A stretch of 64,000 nt of DNA from positions 6,497 through 70,496 of the forward strand of contig JASBYY010000004.1 in NCBI GenBank assembly GCA_029983675.1, in the 5' to 3' direction. This stretch comes from Bacteroidales bacterium (lineage in GTDB: Bacteria; Bacteroidota; Bacteroidia; Bacteroidales; F082). Below, one piece after another: positions 1 to 10,353 of the stretch; position 1 is the first letter of the stretch; each line of letters opens with the position of its first letter. The translations under genes and the position numbers were made by a program. A model generated the notes under the pieces. The model worked only from the letters and a program-made list of their open reading frames with translations, was not told where the DNA came from and ran no database searches.

Positions 1-1
1 G

Positions 2-256
2 GTGTTGGTAAGCAACCGAAACTATTCTCTATTAGACCTCAAACTCGATACAGGTCGCAAGAACCAGATTCGCATCCACATGCAGGACATCGGCCATCCC
101 GTTGTCGGCGACGCCAAATTCGGGAGCAAGGACGATGCTTTCGGAAGACTTTGCCTACATGCCTACCGCTTGTGTTTCATCCATCCGGTGACAAAAAAAG
201 AACTTGAATTTGAAACGCCTTTCCCTGCCGTCTTTGAAAAGGCTTTCCCACAATGA
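2..256 (+). CDS. RluA-family pseudouridine synthase, C-terminal fragment (5' end lies outside the window)
   Basis: The ORF is open from the window edge. The translation (GRKNQIRIHMQDIGHPVVGDAKFG...LCLHAYRL) resembles the C-terminal half of RluA/RluD-type pseudouridine synthases. Confidence 0.75.
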   Translation: MLVSNRNYSLLDLKLDTGRKNQIRIHMQDIGHPVVGDAKFGSKDDAFGRLCLHAYRLCFIHPVTKKELEFETPFPAVFEKAFPQ

Positions 257-285
257 AAGCATGGACGTCTCGATAAAACAAAATG

Positions 286-316
286 AAAAAGGCTGCCTCA
301 TAATGAAGCAGCCTTT
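286..316 (-). terminator. Rho-independent terminator between convergent genes
   Basis: A 9 bp stem AAAGGCTGC (288-296) pairs with GCAGCCTTT (308-316) around an 11 nt loop. The A-run at 286-290 gives a T-run on the minus strand, downstream of the C10 peptidase stop at 338. Confidence 0.5.
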
Positions 317-337
317 ACTTTGATTGCTATTTTAGAA

Positions 338-2935
338 TCAACGGATTACGGTGATTCGCCGTGTAACCTCACCGTTGTTCGTCTGGATTTTCACCATATA
401 CAAGCCGTTTTCGGCATTGCCGAGATTGACGATGGCCCTATCGCCACTGCATTCAGAGTCATATACATGCTGTCCCAACATGTTGAATACCGAAACATGC
501 TGCAAGCCTTCACCTTTCACAGTAAAGCTTTGTTTTGCAGGATTGGGATAAACTTCAATCTGATCGGATTCTGTTTCGTTCACGTCGGTGGGTGAATAGT
601 AAACACGTAGATAGAACACATTCGGCTGATATTTGTTATTCGCAGGAGCCGACGTGCAGTCCGTTTCATTATAATAGGCATATACCTGATAGTAATAAAA
701 TCCTTCTTGCAGTGAAGAGTTGTCGGTGTAAGACGTCGCATTGGCACCTAACAGCTTGATACGCTGGTATTCTCCACCTTCGGCCTTACGGAAGACGAAG
801 TAACCGGTGAGTCCATTGGAAGGTTCTGGCTTTTCCCACAGCAGCTTGGTCTTAAACAACGAACCGGTCTTTTCGTAATCGAGATTTCTGGGAGGATTGC
901 ATCCTTCTCCTGATGTGGCGCATGATTCGTTAGAGGCATCGCTTTCTCCGCTGTTGCAGAGGGATTTCAAATAATAACAATGACCGCCGAGCGGCACATT
1001 TTGATCGACGAAAGTCATCCCGTCGGTTATCAAACGATAGAGTTTTCCATCGCGATAGAGGTTGTAGCCGTATTCGGGCGTTCCAGCAACATCCCATGAA
1101 ACCGTGATGGTGTTTGCATTGCCGGAATCCGTTGTAGCGACCACATTGGTGGGCGAAGCGCAAGTGCCTGTGTTACCGCAACCGTTATTGACGGAAAGGA
1201 ACGTGCCAGGTGCAAGGTTGTTGGAAGAACCCGTGTAGGTGTACACCGTGGTGCCTTCAGAATTCTTAATGATGAATGTCATATTCGAAACGCTGTCAGC
1301 AGCAGCCGCTGGTGGAGCCCACACAAAGGAGATATTGCCAAGCGGCATATCGACAGTGACTGTTGAAGGCGTGGAACTCGTGGTGGTGACTTTGTCAACA
1401 AGAGAACCGGCTGCGTTGAAAATACGAATGCAGCCGCCACGCCAACCTTGGAACGAAGTGGTCTGCATGATAATCGTCCAATTGCATGAAGGGCCGATAA
1501 AGGTTTCAGTTTTCACTGTTTTTCCATGTGCGCCACTCTGAACGGCATATACTTCATATTCAAACTTATCGAAACGCGGCACACTATTGTCAACATAGGT
1601 CATGTTGGCACCGGCTGCAACATTATTCTCGGTATAGATGATTTCACCATCTCTCTTGACAACAATCTGGTCTATCGTGGAAATTGAAGTGTTGTTAAGG
1701 GTTTTGGAGGGATTGGTCCAAGTGATGGTTGCGGAAAGTTGATCATTGGGTGCAGCCACGACATTCAGATTTGTCGGCGCCATGAGTGTGTTATTGTAAA
1801 CATCAATCGGGACGAAGTTGAAAATGGCAGCTTGACGGACAGAATAATCCATGCCGTCGAAGTCAAACCAGCCATCGCCGCTTCCACCCCAGCCCCAGTT
1901 GAAGTGGAACAGGTCCTCGGAATTATAACCGTCACAAATGAAAGCGTGACCGGCATTTTGATTGGTTCTACCGGAATAATACAACGGCCAGCCCATATCA
2001 AAAGATTCTTTCAGCTTGTCGCGCCAAACCTCATACGAAAATGAATTTCTGTTCAACAGCTGGGCCTGGTTTGAGTATTTGAAATACTGGTAGATTGCAC
2101 CGGGTACATCCTCACTAAAAGCTCCGCTTCCCGTACCATCAGTATCGTATCCCATATTGACAGCTACACCACAGTGCCAGCTCAATAAAGCGACGGCATC
2201 GATTTGCTCGGGTGTGGAAGTGCTTGTAAGGGCATCAACCGTGTTCTCCCAATCATAAGTCGTGGCACCAAAATTCACGGTTTGTGTAGGATAGGTCGGA
2301 GGCGTGTATGAATGCGAACCCTGACCCTGCAACGGATGATTCCAATGCGACATGATCTGCGCCATTGCCGTGGCAACACAGCCGGTCACGGCATGTCCAC
2401 CCGAAGCCCATGAAGCGGATTGCTCCGGACAGAACTTGTTGTACGGATAAACTTGGTTCCACTTCTCCGACATCAAGATACCTGTCCCACGACTGTTGTC
2501 GCGAGATAACATGTAGCCGTTCGAAAGCACATTTTGCCATTCGGCAACAATCATCGGAGCAGCTGCGGTATTTCTGGATTTACTGCGGCTCATGTTGTCC
2601 TGTAGTTCATCCAAACAAAAGCGGAGACCGTCAGGAACGTTGTTCACATCAAAACTACTTTCCTCGGAATAGCCGATAATGGGACGATGGGTGTCTTCAC
2701 CCGATACAATGATAAATCCTTCATTACCAACATTGAAGATGTAATAAAGCGCATCTCCTCTGTCGGAAGTTGCTGTTTGAACCAAGGTAAGCTCTGTCCC
2801 ACGAAGGGAAAGATCAAAGTGGGTTTGGACAAACTGTTGTCCTGCAATCTTTGCCTTACTGACATCAACAGGATCTGCATGAAGCAAAGTGATGCCGAAT
2901 ATCAAGGCAACAATGGTAAATACGTACTTTTTCAT
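338..2935 (-). CDS. Secreted C10-family (streptopain-like) cysteine peptidase with Ig/FN3-like repeats and a T9SS C-terminal sorting domain
   Basis: 865 aa with an N-terminal signal peptide (MKKYVFTIVALIFGITLLHA). The catalytic Cys context GCVATAMAQIM and His context AGHAFICDGY are typical of peptidase C10. The C-terminus (VYPNPAKQSFTV...GLYMVKIQT...) looks like a Por/T9SS sorting domain. Confidence 0.85.
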   Translation of the reverse strand: MKKYVFTIVALIFGITLLHADPVDVSKAKIAGQQFVQTHFDLSLRGTELTLVQTATSDRGDALYYIFNVGNEGFIIVSGEDTHRPIIGYSEESSFDVNNVPDGLRFCLDELQDNMSRSKSRNTAAAPMIVAEWQNVLSNGYMLSRDNSRGTGILMSEKWNQVYPYNKFCPEQSASWASGGHAVTGCVATAMAQIMSHWNHPLQGQGSHSYTPPTYPTQTVNFGATTYDWENTVDALTSTSTPEQIDAVALLSWHCGVAVNMGYDTDGTGSGAFSEDVPGAIYQYFKYSNQAQLLNRNSFSYEVWRDKLKESFDMGWPLYYSGRTNQNAGHAFICDGYNSEDLFHFNWGWGGSGDGWFDFDGMDYSVRQAAIFNFVPIDVYNNTLMAPTNLNVVAAPNDQLSATITWTNPSKTLNNTSISTIDQIVVKRDGEIIYTENNVAAGANMTYVDNSVPRFDKFEYEVYAVQSGAHGKTVKTETFIGPSCNWTIIMQTTSFQGWRGGCIRIFNAAGSLVDKVTTTSSTPSTVTVDMPLGNISFVWAPPAAAADSVSNMTFIIKNSEGTTVYTYTGSSNNLAPGTFLSVNNGCGNTGTCASPTNVVATTDSGNANTITVSWDVAGTPEYGYNLYRDGKLYRLITDGMTFVDQNVPLGGHCYYLKSLCNSGESDASNESCATSGEGCNPPRNLDYEKTGSLFKTKLLWEKPEPSNGLTGYFVFRKAEGGEYQRIKLLGANATSYTDNSSLQEGFYYYQVYAYYNETDCTSAPANNKYQPNVFYLRVYYSPTDVNETESDQIEVYPNPAKQSFTVKGEGLQHVSVFNMLGQHVYDSECSGDRAIVNLGNAENGLYMVKIQTNNGEVTRRITVIR

Positions 2936-3191
2936 TGGATTAAGTTATTATAAGTTGTTGTCTTTTCTTTTTCAACCGCAAATATAATTAATTTTTGCCA
3001 TCGTGGTTAACAATCCGAATTGATTTTTTCGAACCGGTCTTCTTCAGTAGCCGTTTGCTGTTTATCCCAAAAAACGAATACGGCTCACAGCGATTACAGC
3101 TTTCCAATAGGCAATATGGCAAATGGCAGAAAACAAGCAATCACGACAACTATGCCGTGATTGCCATTTAATTACAAAAGCTCCCCAAAGG

Positions 3192-5483
3192 TCAGCGATC
3201 GATGATAAAGCGTTTTGAAAACGTCCCCTGCCCTGTTGTGATACGAACCGTGTAAATGCCTGGTGCAAAAGCCGAAATATTCAGTTCATTATCATCGGTC
3301 TGCGTTTGTTGTGAATGCACGCATTGCCCCATAATATTTATGACATCGATTTGTTCGGCGCTCTCGGCATGAACATTAAGCTCACGTTGTGCAGGATTCG
3401 GATAAAGAACGATCTTGGATGCGTCCGTTTCGGTTATTGAAGTCACTTCCACATGCAGATAGTCGGTCTGCGTTGCAGCATTCATGGCATACTGTGATTC
3501 ACAATAGGAATGTTTGGCTGTCAGCCTGTAGTAGTAGCTGCCGGTTTCAACCTCATCGAAATACGCCAACTCGGTACCGTCAACCTCTGCAACCTTTTCC
3601 ATGTTGTTGAGGTTCGTTCCCCTATATACATAATACTTATCGGTCTCTCCTTCGGCCGCTGACCATGTGAGTTGTGTGCCAAACTTGCCACCTTGCCATT
3701 GATATTGACCTGAAAGGTTCATGGGCGGCTGGCAATTGGCGCATTGATTGTCCTTTGTAAACAAAGTGCCGTTCAATCCGGTCGAAGCACCGTTATAAAT
3801 GTAAACCGTGGCGTTATTCTCATCTTTCAATATGATGGTCAATGAAGAAACAGGCGTACTCGGAGCTTTCCATGTCAACGAAATCTCGCCTTCCGGCATA
3901 TCAAAATCCAGTACTCCATTGCCTGATGATGTAAGTGTAAATTCCTCAATGACTGTTCCTTTTGCATTCTTGACACACACTGCGCCTCCATTCCAGCCTT
4001 GGAAGTTCGTGGTGGCCCCCAGCAAACGCCATCCGCATGAAGGTCCAAACTGCGCCGTGGTAGAGGTTCTACGCCCCTTTCCCTTGTCGGACACCGCATA
4101 AATCTGGTAGGTATAATGGTCGAAATCACCCACCTCGTCCACAAAACTCATGCTTTCACCCGGAGTGACATTGTTTTCTTCGTGAATGACCGTTCCATTG
4201 CGAAGCACAACAACCTTGTTCAAATTCTCAAGCGGCGCATTGCTCAACGTTGTGCTTGGATTTTTCCATGAAACAGTGGCTTTCAGTGCATGGGCATGAT
4301 CCGGCACGACTTCAAAGTTATCCGGTATGGCCGGAAGTCCATCATACACATGATCCGGAATCATGTCGAAAATGGCTGACTGGTTTTGGTTGAAATGATA
4401 ACCAGGTGCATTGAGCGCATCGATGGCATAAAAACCGTTGCCATATCCTGTCCAGCCCCAGTTAAAATGGAAATAGCGGTTGTCATTGTAGCCGTCGCAA
4501 ATAAAAGCATGACCGCCAAGATTGGCATCATGACCGGAATAATAGGCAGGAAAACCTTCATCGAAATTGGCAATGAGCAAATCCTCCCATTCCGTCTTCG
4601 AATAATTGTCGCGATTACGATGCGACATTGCCGAGGTGTATCTGAAATAATCCTTCATGGCACCGGGTACATTATTCGAATAGGCTCCGCTGCCATCATA
4701 TCCGTAGCCCATATCCACCGCCACGCCACAATGGTACATCAAAAGCGCAACCGCTTGTATTTGCACCAACGGTGAACCTGACGAAAGGTTGTTCGGCATA
4801 TTGGCCCAGTCATAGGTAGTCTCGCCAAAATTCACCGACTGTGTCGGAAAACCATTTGGGGTATAGGAATGGCTTCCTGTGCCCGTTTCAGGATAATCCC
4901 AGTACTTCATGACCATGGCCATGGCATCGGCGACACATCCGACATACACATGTCCACCAGGACCTAAATTGTGAGGCGGGCAATAGTAGTTATATGGATA
5001 ATCCTGATTCCACATCGTGGCAATCAAAGCGTTGACACCTTTTGTTTCGCGGGTTCCATCGATGGTACCATTGCTGCGCACCCACTCCCATTCCTGTTGA
5101 ATTTGAGGGTCAGCGGGGATACCTTTTTCGATGGCAAAAGCCATTTGTTCTTTATAATGATTAAGGTAGTAGCTTAATCCGTCAGGAGTATTCTCTGCAT
5201 CAAAGCGTCCTTCCTCTGAATAACCCAGAATGGGTTTTGCAATATCGTCAGCCGAGACAATGACAAAACCATGGTCATAGTTGAAGACGTAAAGGCAAGG
5301 CGTTCCGTTGTCGAGTGACAAAGTAAAGACATCTTCCACATCGGCAATTTGACGTGCCGAAGCCAGATTCTCTCGGGCGAAGCTCAAGCCCAGCTTATGC
5401 GCCTCTTGCAGGCTGACGGGAGCCGCCCATGCCGAAACAGCCATCAACACGGCTGAAAATAAGGTAAATAGTGTTTTTTTCAT
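3192..5483 (-). CDS. Secreted C10-family cysteine peptidase with a T9SS C-terminal sorting domain (paralog of 338-2935)
   Basis: 763 aa with a signal peptide. Contains GCVADAMAMVM (Cys) and GGHAFICDGY (His) motifs. The C-terminus LYPNPAQRELNV...GIYTVRITT is T9SS CTD-like. It is collinear with its neighbour along the whole length. Confidence 0.85.
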   Translation of the reverse strand: MKKTLFTLFSAVLMAVSAWAAPVSLQEAHKLGLSFARENLASARQIADVEDVFTLSLDNGTPCLYVFNYDHGFVIVSADDIAKPILGYSEEGRFDAENTPDGLSYYLNHYKEQMAFAIEKGIPADPQIQQEWEWVRSNGTIDGTRETKGVNALIATMWNQDYPYNYYCPPHNLGPGGHVYVGCVADAMAMVMKYWDYPETGTGSHSYTPNGFPTQSVNFGETTYDWANMPNNLSSGSPLVQIQAVALLMYHCGVAVDMGYGYDGSGAYSNNVPGAMKDYFRYTSAMSHRNRDNYSKTEWEDLLIANFDEGFPAYYSGHDANLGGHAFICDGYNDNRYFHFNWGWTGYGNGFYAIDALNAPGYHFNQNQSAIFDMIPDHVYDGLPAIPDNFEVVPDHAHALKATVSWKNPSTTLSNAPLENLNKVVVLRNGTVIHEENNVTPGESMSFVDEVGDFDHYTYQIYAVSDKGKGRRTSTTAQFGPSCGWRLLGATTNFQGWNGGAVCVKNAKGTVIEEFTLTSSGNGVLDFDMPEGEISLTWKAPSTPVSSLTIILKDENNATVYIYNGASTGLNGTLFTKDNQCANCQPPMNLSGQYQWQGGKFGTQLTWSAAEGETDKYYVYRGTNLNNMEKVAEVDGTELAYFDEVETGSYYYRLTAKHSYCESQYAMNAATQTDYLHVEVTSITETDASKIVLYPNPAQRELNVHAESAEQIDVINIMGQCVHSQQTQTDDNELNISAFAPGIYTVRITTGQGTFSKRFIIDR

Positions 5484-5574
5484 TGCGTAGTAATAAGTTT
5501 GTATTTGATTAGATTTGAGGGGACAAAGATACTATTTTTTGATTGGGAACCACCAACGAAAAATAGAAAAATAA

Positions 5575-6840
5575 TCAGGTTTTCTGTTCTTTCTTTTTTG
5601 CTGCGGGAAACAGAATATTATTCAATATCAACCTATAGCCGGGCGAGTTGGGATACATGTCGAGTTCGGTGGGCGGATCGCCGACAATATGTCGGTAATC
5701 CTCCGGGTCGTGACCGCCAAGAAAAGTCCAGAAGCCATTGCCGAAGTTACCATGGATATAGCGGTCTTCGCCAAAAGCCGCATTGTCGCCAAGTACTACC
5801 ACATCGGGCTTTACAAGGGTTTTATCGAACGCAGTGGTTTGTCCCATGAAACCCTTGATGAGTTTTTCGTGGCACTGGGTCAGCATGGTGGGCACAGGAT
5901 CCCATTTGGCCGAAAAGTCGAACAGCAAAAAATAGTCGTTGTCTTCGCGAACCATCTGCACACGTCTCTCGGTGACATCGATATTGGAGATTTCATATTC
6001 CTGAGGGTTTGTCGAAACAGTAAAGTCGGTGAAAGCGAAGCAGTTGTCATAATCTACCCGCTGCGGGTCGCCGTTGCGAATAGGATCGCCGTCGAACATC
6101 ATGTCGCAAATATCAAGGCCATCGGCTGACAATGCCACATCGTAGCTGTCAGGGGCGGAACACATGGCAAACATGTAGCCACCTCCCGCGACAAACTCAC
6201 GGATTTTCTTGGCAACGGCAAGTTTCAATTGAGAGACCTTTGAAAAGCCCCAGCGTTGAGCCGTTTCGTTTTGCAACCGCACATCTTCCTGATACCAAGG
6301 AAAAGTGCGGTAACGTGCCCAAAACTTGCCGAACTGTCCGGTAAAATCCTCATGGTGCAGGTGCAGCCAGTCGTATGTAGGCAACACCCCTTGCAGCACC
6401 TCGTCGTCATACACCACATCATAAGGAATCTCGGCATAGGTCAACACCAACGTGACCGCATCGTCCCAAGGCAGATTGTTTTTGGGTGCATACACGGCAA
6501 TACGCGGCACTTTTTGCAGTTTCATTTCATCCATATTGACACCGGGATCGGCAATTTCGGCCAGAATAGCATCGGCTTGTGCATCGGCAATCACCTGATA
6601 CGAGACGTTACGCACCTTGCATTCGCGTTCTATCTTGTCGTGAAAGGGAATCAAATAGCTACCGCCCTTGTAGTTGAGCAGCCAACTGATCTCCACCTCT
6701 CGCTGCAACACCCAATAGGCTACACCGTAGGCCTTCAGATGATTGCTCTGTTTGTTGTCCATGGGAATCAGCAGATAAGCCGCATGTAACGGCATTATTG
6801 CTGCAAACGCCATCAATAAAACCAAAACGATTTTTCTCAT
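5575..6840 (-). CDS. Conserved secreted hypothetical protein
   Basis: 421 aa ORF with an N-terminal signal peptide (MRKIVLVLLMAFAAIMPLHA) and good coding appearance. I do not confidently recognise the family. Confidence 0.6.
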   Translation of the reverse strand: MRKIVLVLLMAFAAIMPLHAAYLLIPMDNKQSNHLKAYGVAYWVLQREVEISWLLNYKGGSYLIPFHDKIERECKVRNVSYQVIADAQADAILAEIADPGVNMDEMKLQKVPRIAVYAPKNNLPWDDAVTLVLTYAEIPYDVVYDDEVLQGVLPTYDWLHLHHEDFTGQFGKFWARYRTFPWYQEDVRLQNETAQRWGFSKVSQLKLAVAKKIREFVAGGGYMFAMCSAPDSYDVALSADGLDICDMMFDGDPIRNGDPQRVDYDNCFAFTDFTVSTNPQEYEISNIDVTERRVQMVREDNDYFLLFDFSAKWDPVPTMLTQCHEKLIKGFMGQTTAFDKTLVKPDVVVLGDNAAFGEDRYIHGNFGNGFWTFLGGHDPEDYRHIVGDPPTELDMYPNSPGYRLILNNILFPAAKKKEQKT

Positions 6841-6873
6841 ACCACTAAATCTATCACAAACCGGTTAAACACT

Positions 6874-7803
6874 TCAATAAGCCAAATAACGTTCCAAGGC
6901 CGGATTGGGCTGATGCTGACTGCCCAGAACAGTCAACAACTGCTGCCAATCCTTGACAAATCCACGCGATTCCCGATACCGCTCTATCGCCTTTACCATT
7001 TCATAATCCAGATACGGGTGGCTGAGAAGGGTCTTGAAATCGGAACGGTTCACATCAAGCTTTTGGGGGACGAATGCTCCATCCAAAACGATATATGGCG
7101 CAATGGCTTCATAGCGTGCCGAATCCATTCCTTTCACCTCGCGAAGCTGTTCCTTATTCAAAAAACCGCCAAGTTTTTTCCGATATGCCATGATGCGCTG
7201 CACCATGTAGCACCCTAACCGTGGCAACCTCTCAAATGTAGCGGAATCCGCTAAATTAATATCAACAATGGGAATTTCTTTGATCTCAGAGGTTTCCATC
7301 TCGTTTTCAGCAAATTGCATTCCTGCATCAAGGCTTTTGGCTTCATAACTGCGAGGGGCGGCGGCGGGAATAACGATATAGGGTTCCAGAACGGCATACA
7401 CCGCTTCGCTAATGGAATACAGTTTCTTGAAATCCTTCTTGGAGTAGAAAGCGCCACCCTTGGCACGGTAATTCATGATGCCCCGAATCTGCCGTTCAGT
7501 CAACCCGAGACGTTGCCAGTCGGACTCGCTCATGCTATTCGGATTGAACGGAAACGGATTCAACCGGCTTTCTGCCGCATCCTTTTGAAACAGGTTCTCC
7601 CGCTTATTGGCAATATGCTGGTTGATGGCAACCTGTTGCCGTCGGATCAAGGAGTCGAGATTGTGAAAAGTAAAAATGCGATCTCCATTTAAGGACGGCA
7701 TGAAAATATTCAGGCCGATCAATATCAAGACAACCAGCATGACCGAAATAAGGGCGATGCGTTCACCCCGTGTGAATATGAGCGGTTTTTTATGGTTTTC
7801 CAT
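6874..7803 (-). CDS. Helix-hairpin-helix (ComEA-like) DNA-binding repeat protein with an N-terminal TM anchor
   Basis: 309 aa with one N-terminal TM helix. Repeated HhH-like units are present (NPNSMSESDWQRLGLTERQIRGIMNYR, DINLADSATFERLPRLG, DVNRSDFKTLLSHPYLD). Confidence 0.65.
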   Translation of the reverse strand: MENHKKPLIFTRGERIALISVMLVVLILIGLNIFMPSLNGDRIFTFHNLDSLIRRQQVAINQHIANKRENLFQKDAAESRLNPFPFNPNSMSESDWQRLGLTERQIRGIMNYRAKGGAFYSKKDFKKLYSISEAVYAVLEPYIVIPAAAPRSYEAKSLDAGMQFAENEMETSEIKEIPIVDINLADSATFERLPRLGCYMVQRIMAYRKKLGGFLNKEQLREVKGMDSARYEAIAPYIVLDGAFVPQKLDVNRSDFKTLLSHPYLDYEMVKAIERYRESRGFVKDWQQLLTVLGSQHQPNPALERYLAY

Positions 7804-7809
7804 TGGTTG

Positions 7810-9162
7810 TTATCGTATGCAATTGATAAATATAGCCGCAATAAGAACAGGAGCTATATATTTGATAATAAATAAAATAACTCCTTTCATTTTCAGTTTT
7901 AATTGACCTTCGTTGGTGATTTCTCCGAAAAACTTCCTCTTGCCCATAAACCAGCCTACAAACACTACAGTCAAAAGACCGCCGATGGGCAGCAGGATGT
8001 TCGATGAGAAGAAGTCGAGACCGTCAAACAGGGGTCGCCTTCCTACGACAAACTTGGTGTCGCCGGTAAGACTCAACGAGGCAAACACCCCTAAAATCAG
8101 TGTTGCAGCAGAAGCTAGCACCGTGGCGAGTTTGCGCGTAATACGCAGCTCCTCGGCCAAATAGGCCACCATGACTTCTAACAGTGAAATAGTGGATGTG
8201 AGCGCAGCAATGGCTAACAGCACAAAGAAAATGATGCAAAAGAAATAGCCGCCTTGCATCTGATTAAAAATCATCGGCAAGGTGTTGAAAACCAGTCCCG
8301 TTCCAGCAGTAGGCTGAATGCCGAACGAAAATGCGGCTGGAAAAATCACGACACCGGCCAAAACAGCAACCAAAGTATCCGACAATGTGACCGACAATGC
8401 CGTTGTGGCAAGGTTGTCGTTTTTATTAATATAGGATCCGTAGGTAATCAAAGCGCCCATACCTACACTCAACGAAAAGAACGCCTGTCCCAACGCGCTG
8501 ATAAGCACCTTCCCCGTTATTTTTGAGAAATCGGCATGGAACAGAAACCGAAAGCCCTCGCCTGCATTGGGAAGTGAAAGCGATTTGACCCCAAGAATAA
8601 TCAGAATGAGCAGCAGCAATGGCATGAGGATCTTCGAATAGCGTTCGATACCTTTTTTCACCCCGTTGAACACCACAAATCCGGTCAGAAAGATGAAAAC
8701 CGACTGCCACATGACATTGCGCCAACCCAAGTTGTGGAAATCGCTGAAATCCCGTTCTATGGCTGCAAGCTCCTTGCCTTGAAAGTCGTTGCCCACGGCT
8801 TTGACGATGTATTCGAGTGTCCATCCCGACACTGTGGAGTAAAACGACAGCAGAATCCATGCACAGAACACCCCCATAAAACCCACAAGCGGCCAGGCCG
8901 ACTTCGGTGCGAGCGCCCTGAAAGCCCCGACGGGATTGCGTTGCGCCTTTCGGCCGATAATAAACTCCGACAACATGGTAGGAATACCCAGCACAAGGAC
9001 AATGAACAGATAAACCAACAAAAAGGCACCGCCTCCGTTGTTTCCCGCCTCGCACGGGAAACGATAAATGTTGCCCAGCCCGACGGCAGAACCCGCAGCG
9101 GCAGCAATAATGCCTATCTTCGACCCAAAGCCATCCCTGCTTCTATGTTGATTTTCAGTCAT
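7810..9162 (-). CDS. Sodium-dependent transporter, neurotransmitter:sodium symporter (SNF/NSS) family
   Basis: 450 aa polytopic protein. The N-terminal motif AAAGSAVGLGNIYRFPCEAGNNGGGAFLLVY is the NSS signature. Confidence 0.85.
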   Translation of the reverse strand: MTENQHRSRDGFGSKIGIIAAAAGSAVGLGNIYRFPCEAGNNGGGAFLLVYLFIVLVLGIPTMLSEFIIGRKAQRNPVGAFRALAPKSAWPLVGFMGVFCAWILLSFYSTVSGWTLEYIVKAVGNDFQGKELAAIERDFSDFHNLGWRNVMWQSVFIFLTGFVVFNGVKKGIERYSKILMPLLLLILIILGVKSLSLPNAGEGFRFLFHADFSKITGKVLISALGQAFFSLSVGMGALITYGSYINKNDNLATTALSVTLSDTLVAVLAGVVIFPAAFSFGIQPTAGTGLVFNTLPMIFNQMQGGYFFCIIFFVLLAIAALTSTISLLEVMVAYLAEELRITRKLATVLASAATLILGVFASLSLTGDTKFVVGRRPLFDGLDFFSSNILLPIGGLLTVVFVGWFMGKRKFFGEITNEGQLKLKMKGVILFIIKYIAPVLIAAIFINCIR

Positions 9163-9336
9163 TTGAATTGTTTTTGGTTGCTATGAATACTGCTGTTCAT
9201 TAGAAATCAAGCTGCTACATACCATTACAACAGCCATCGTTTTAGAACAAAGTGCAAAAATAGAAAAATAACAGTCCAATTACTGATACTTGTACGGTAA
9301 AAAAAGAATGGTATCTTACCGCCCAAAAAGACAGCT

Positions 9337-9996
9337 TTAACGTTTCTCGCCAAAAGCGAGGTCGCCGGCATCGCCGAGACCCGGAACGATGTAGGCACGT
9401 GCCGTCAGTTCATCGTCAATAGCACCCACCCAGAGTGTCATCGGCATGTTGTTGAAAACCCGTTCGACATACGCTACACCTTCGGCGCTGGCAATCGCCA
9501 CGGCCACATGGATATGGCTCGGCGTATTGTCTTCACTCAACAACCCTGACAAAGTCTTGTGAAAGGCTTCACCTGTCGCCAGCATCGGGTCGCAAAGGAT
9601 CAATGTCCTACCGTCCAGATCGGGCGCCGAGTAGTACTCCACCTTGATTTCAAAGTCTTCGTTTTTATCGTATTTCCGGTATGCAGCGATGAAACCGCTA
9701 TCCGACTTGTCGAATACATTCAGGAATCCGGCATGAAACGGCAGACCTGCCCTTAAAATGGTGGCGATGACGGGTTGTTCGGCGGGTACACGCACCGTTT
9801 TTACACCTAACTGGGTGTCCACCTCGATTTCTTCGTATTCCAAGGTCTTGCTAATTTCATACGCCATCACCTCGCCCATACGTTCCAGGTTACGGCGAAA
9901 CCTCATGCGGTCGAGCTGGATGTCGGCATCGCGAACCTCGGCAATGTACTGGTTGAAAATACTGTCCTGATGTCCTAAATTGATGATCTGAACCAT
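9337..9996 (-). CDS. upp: Uracil phosphoribosyltransferase
   Basis: The C-terminal motif YIVPGLGDAGDLAFGEK and the PRPP-binding loop LILCDPMLATG are present. The ORF extends to 10020, but the internal ATG (MVQIINLG...) at 9996 is the likelier start. Confidence 0.85.
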   Translation of the reverse strand: MVQIINLGHQDSIFNQYIAEVRDADIQLDRMRFRRNLERMGEVMAYEISKTLEYEEIEVDTQLGVKTVRVPAEQPVIATILRAGLPFHAGFLNVFDKSDSGFIAAYRKYDKNEDFEIKVEYYSAPDLDGRTLILCDPMLATGEAFHKTLSGLLSEDNTPSHIHVAVAIASAEGVAYVERVFNNMPMTLWVGAIDDELTARAYIVPGLGDAGDLAFGEKR

Positions 9997-10104
9997 AATT
10001 ATGCAATGTTTGGGCTTCAAAGATAATCAATCCTGACCAAACACGGCCGTTTTTCATGAAAAAATCACATAGAGCATCGTTTCTACTGACAGGAAAACAC
10101 TGAA

Positions 10105-10132
10105 GAGATGCTGAATCGAGTTCAACATGACG
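10105..10132. repeat. Short intergenic hairpin repeat, copy 1
   Basis: GAGATGCTGAATCGAGTTCAACATGACG matches the copy at 10326-10353 at 26 of 28 positions. It contains an imperfect TGCTGAA/TTCAACA hairpin. Confidence 0.6.
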
Positions 10133-10325
10133 GTTTTTGATGAGGCATGACGGAAACAAATGAGGCATGACGGGTTCTAATAGAACGGAATGGGTACAAC
10201 CCAATCAGACTTACAGTGTTCCTCCTCTCATATCATTCCAAACATGTCATTCCGACAACAATCCAGAATCTGTTTGGAATCTCCTTATGAGGACATGGTT
10301 TTATTAAAACAATACAGCTGGTAAT

Positions 10326-10353
10326 GAGATGCTGAATCAAGTTCAGCATGACG
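10326..10353. repeat. Short intergenic hairpin repeat, copy 2
   Basis: GAGATGCTGAATCAAGTTCAGCATGACG contains a perfect 7 bp hairpin, TGCTGAA-TCAAG-TTCAGCA. Confidence 0.6.
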
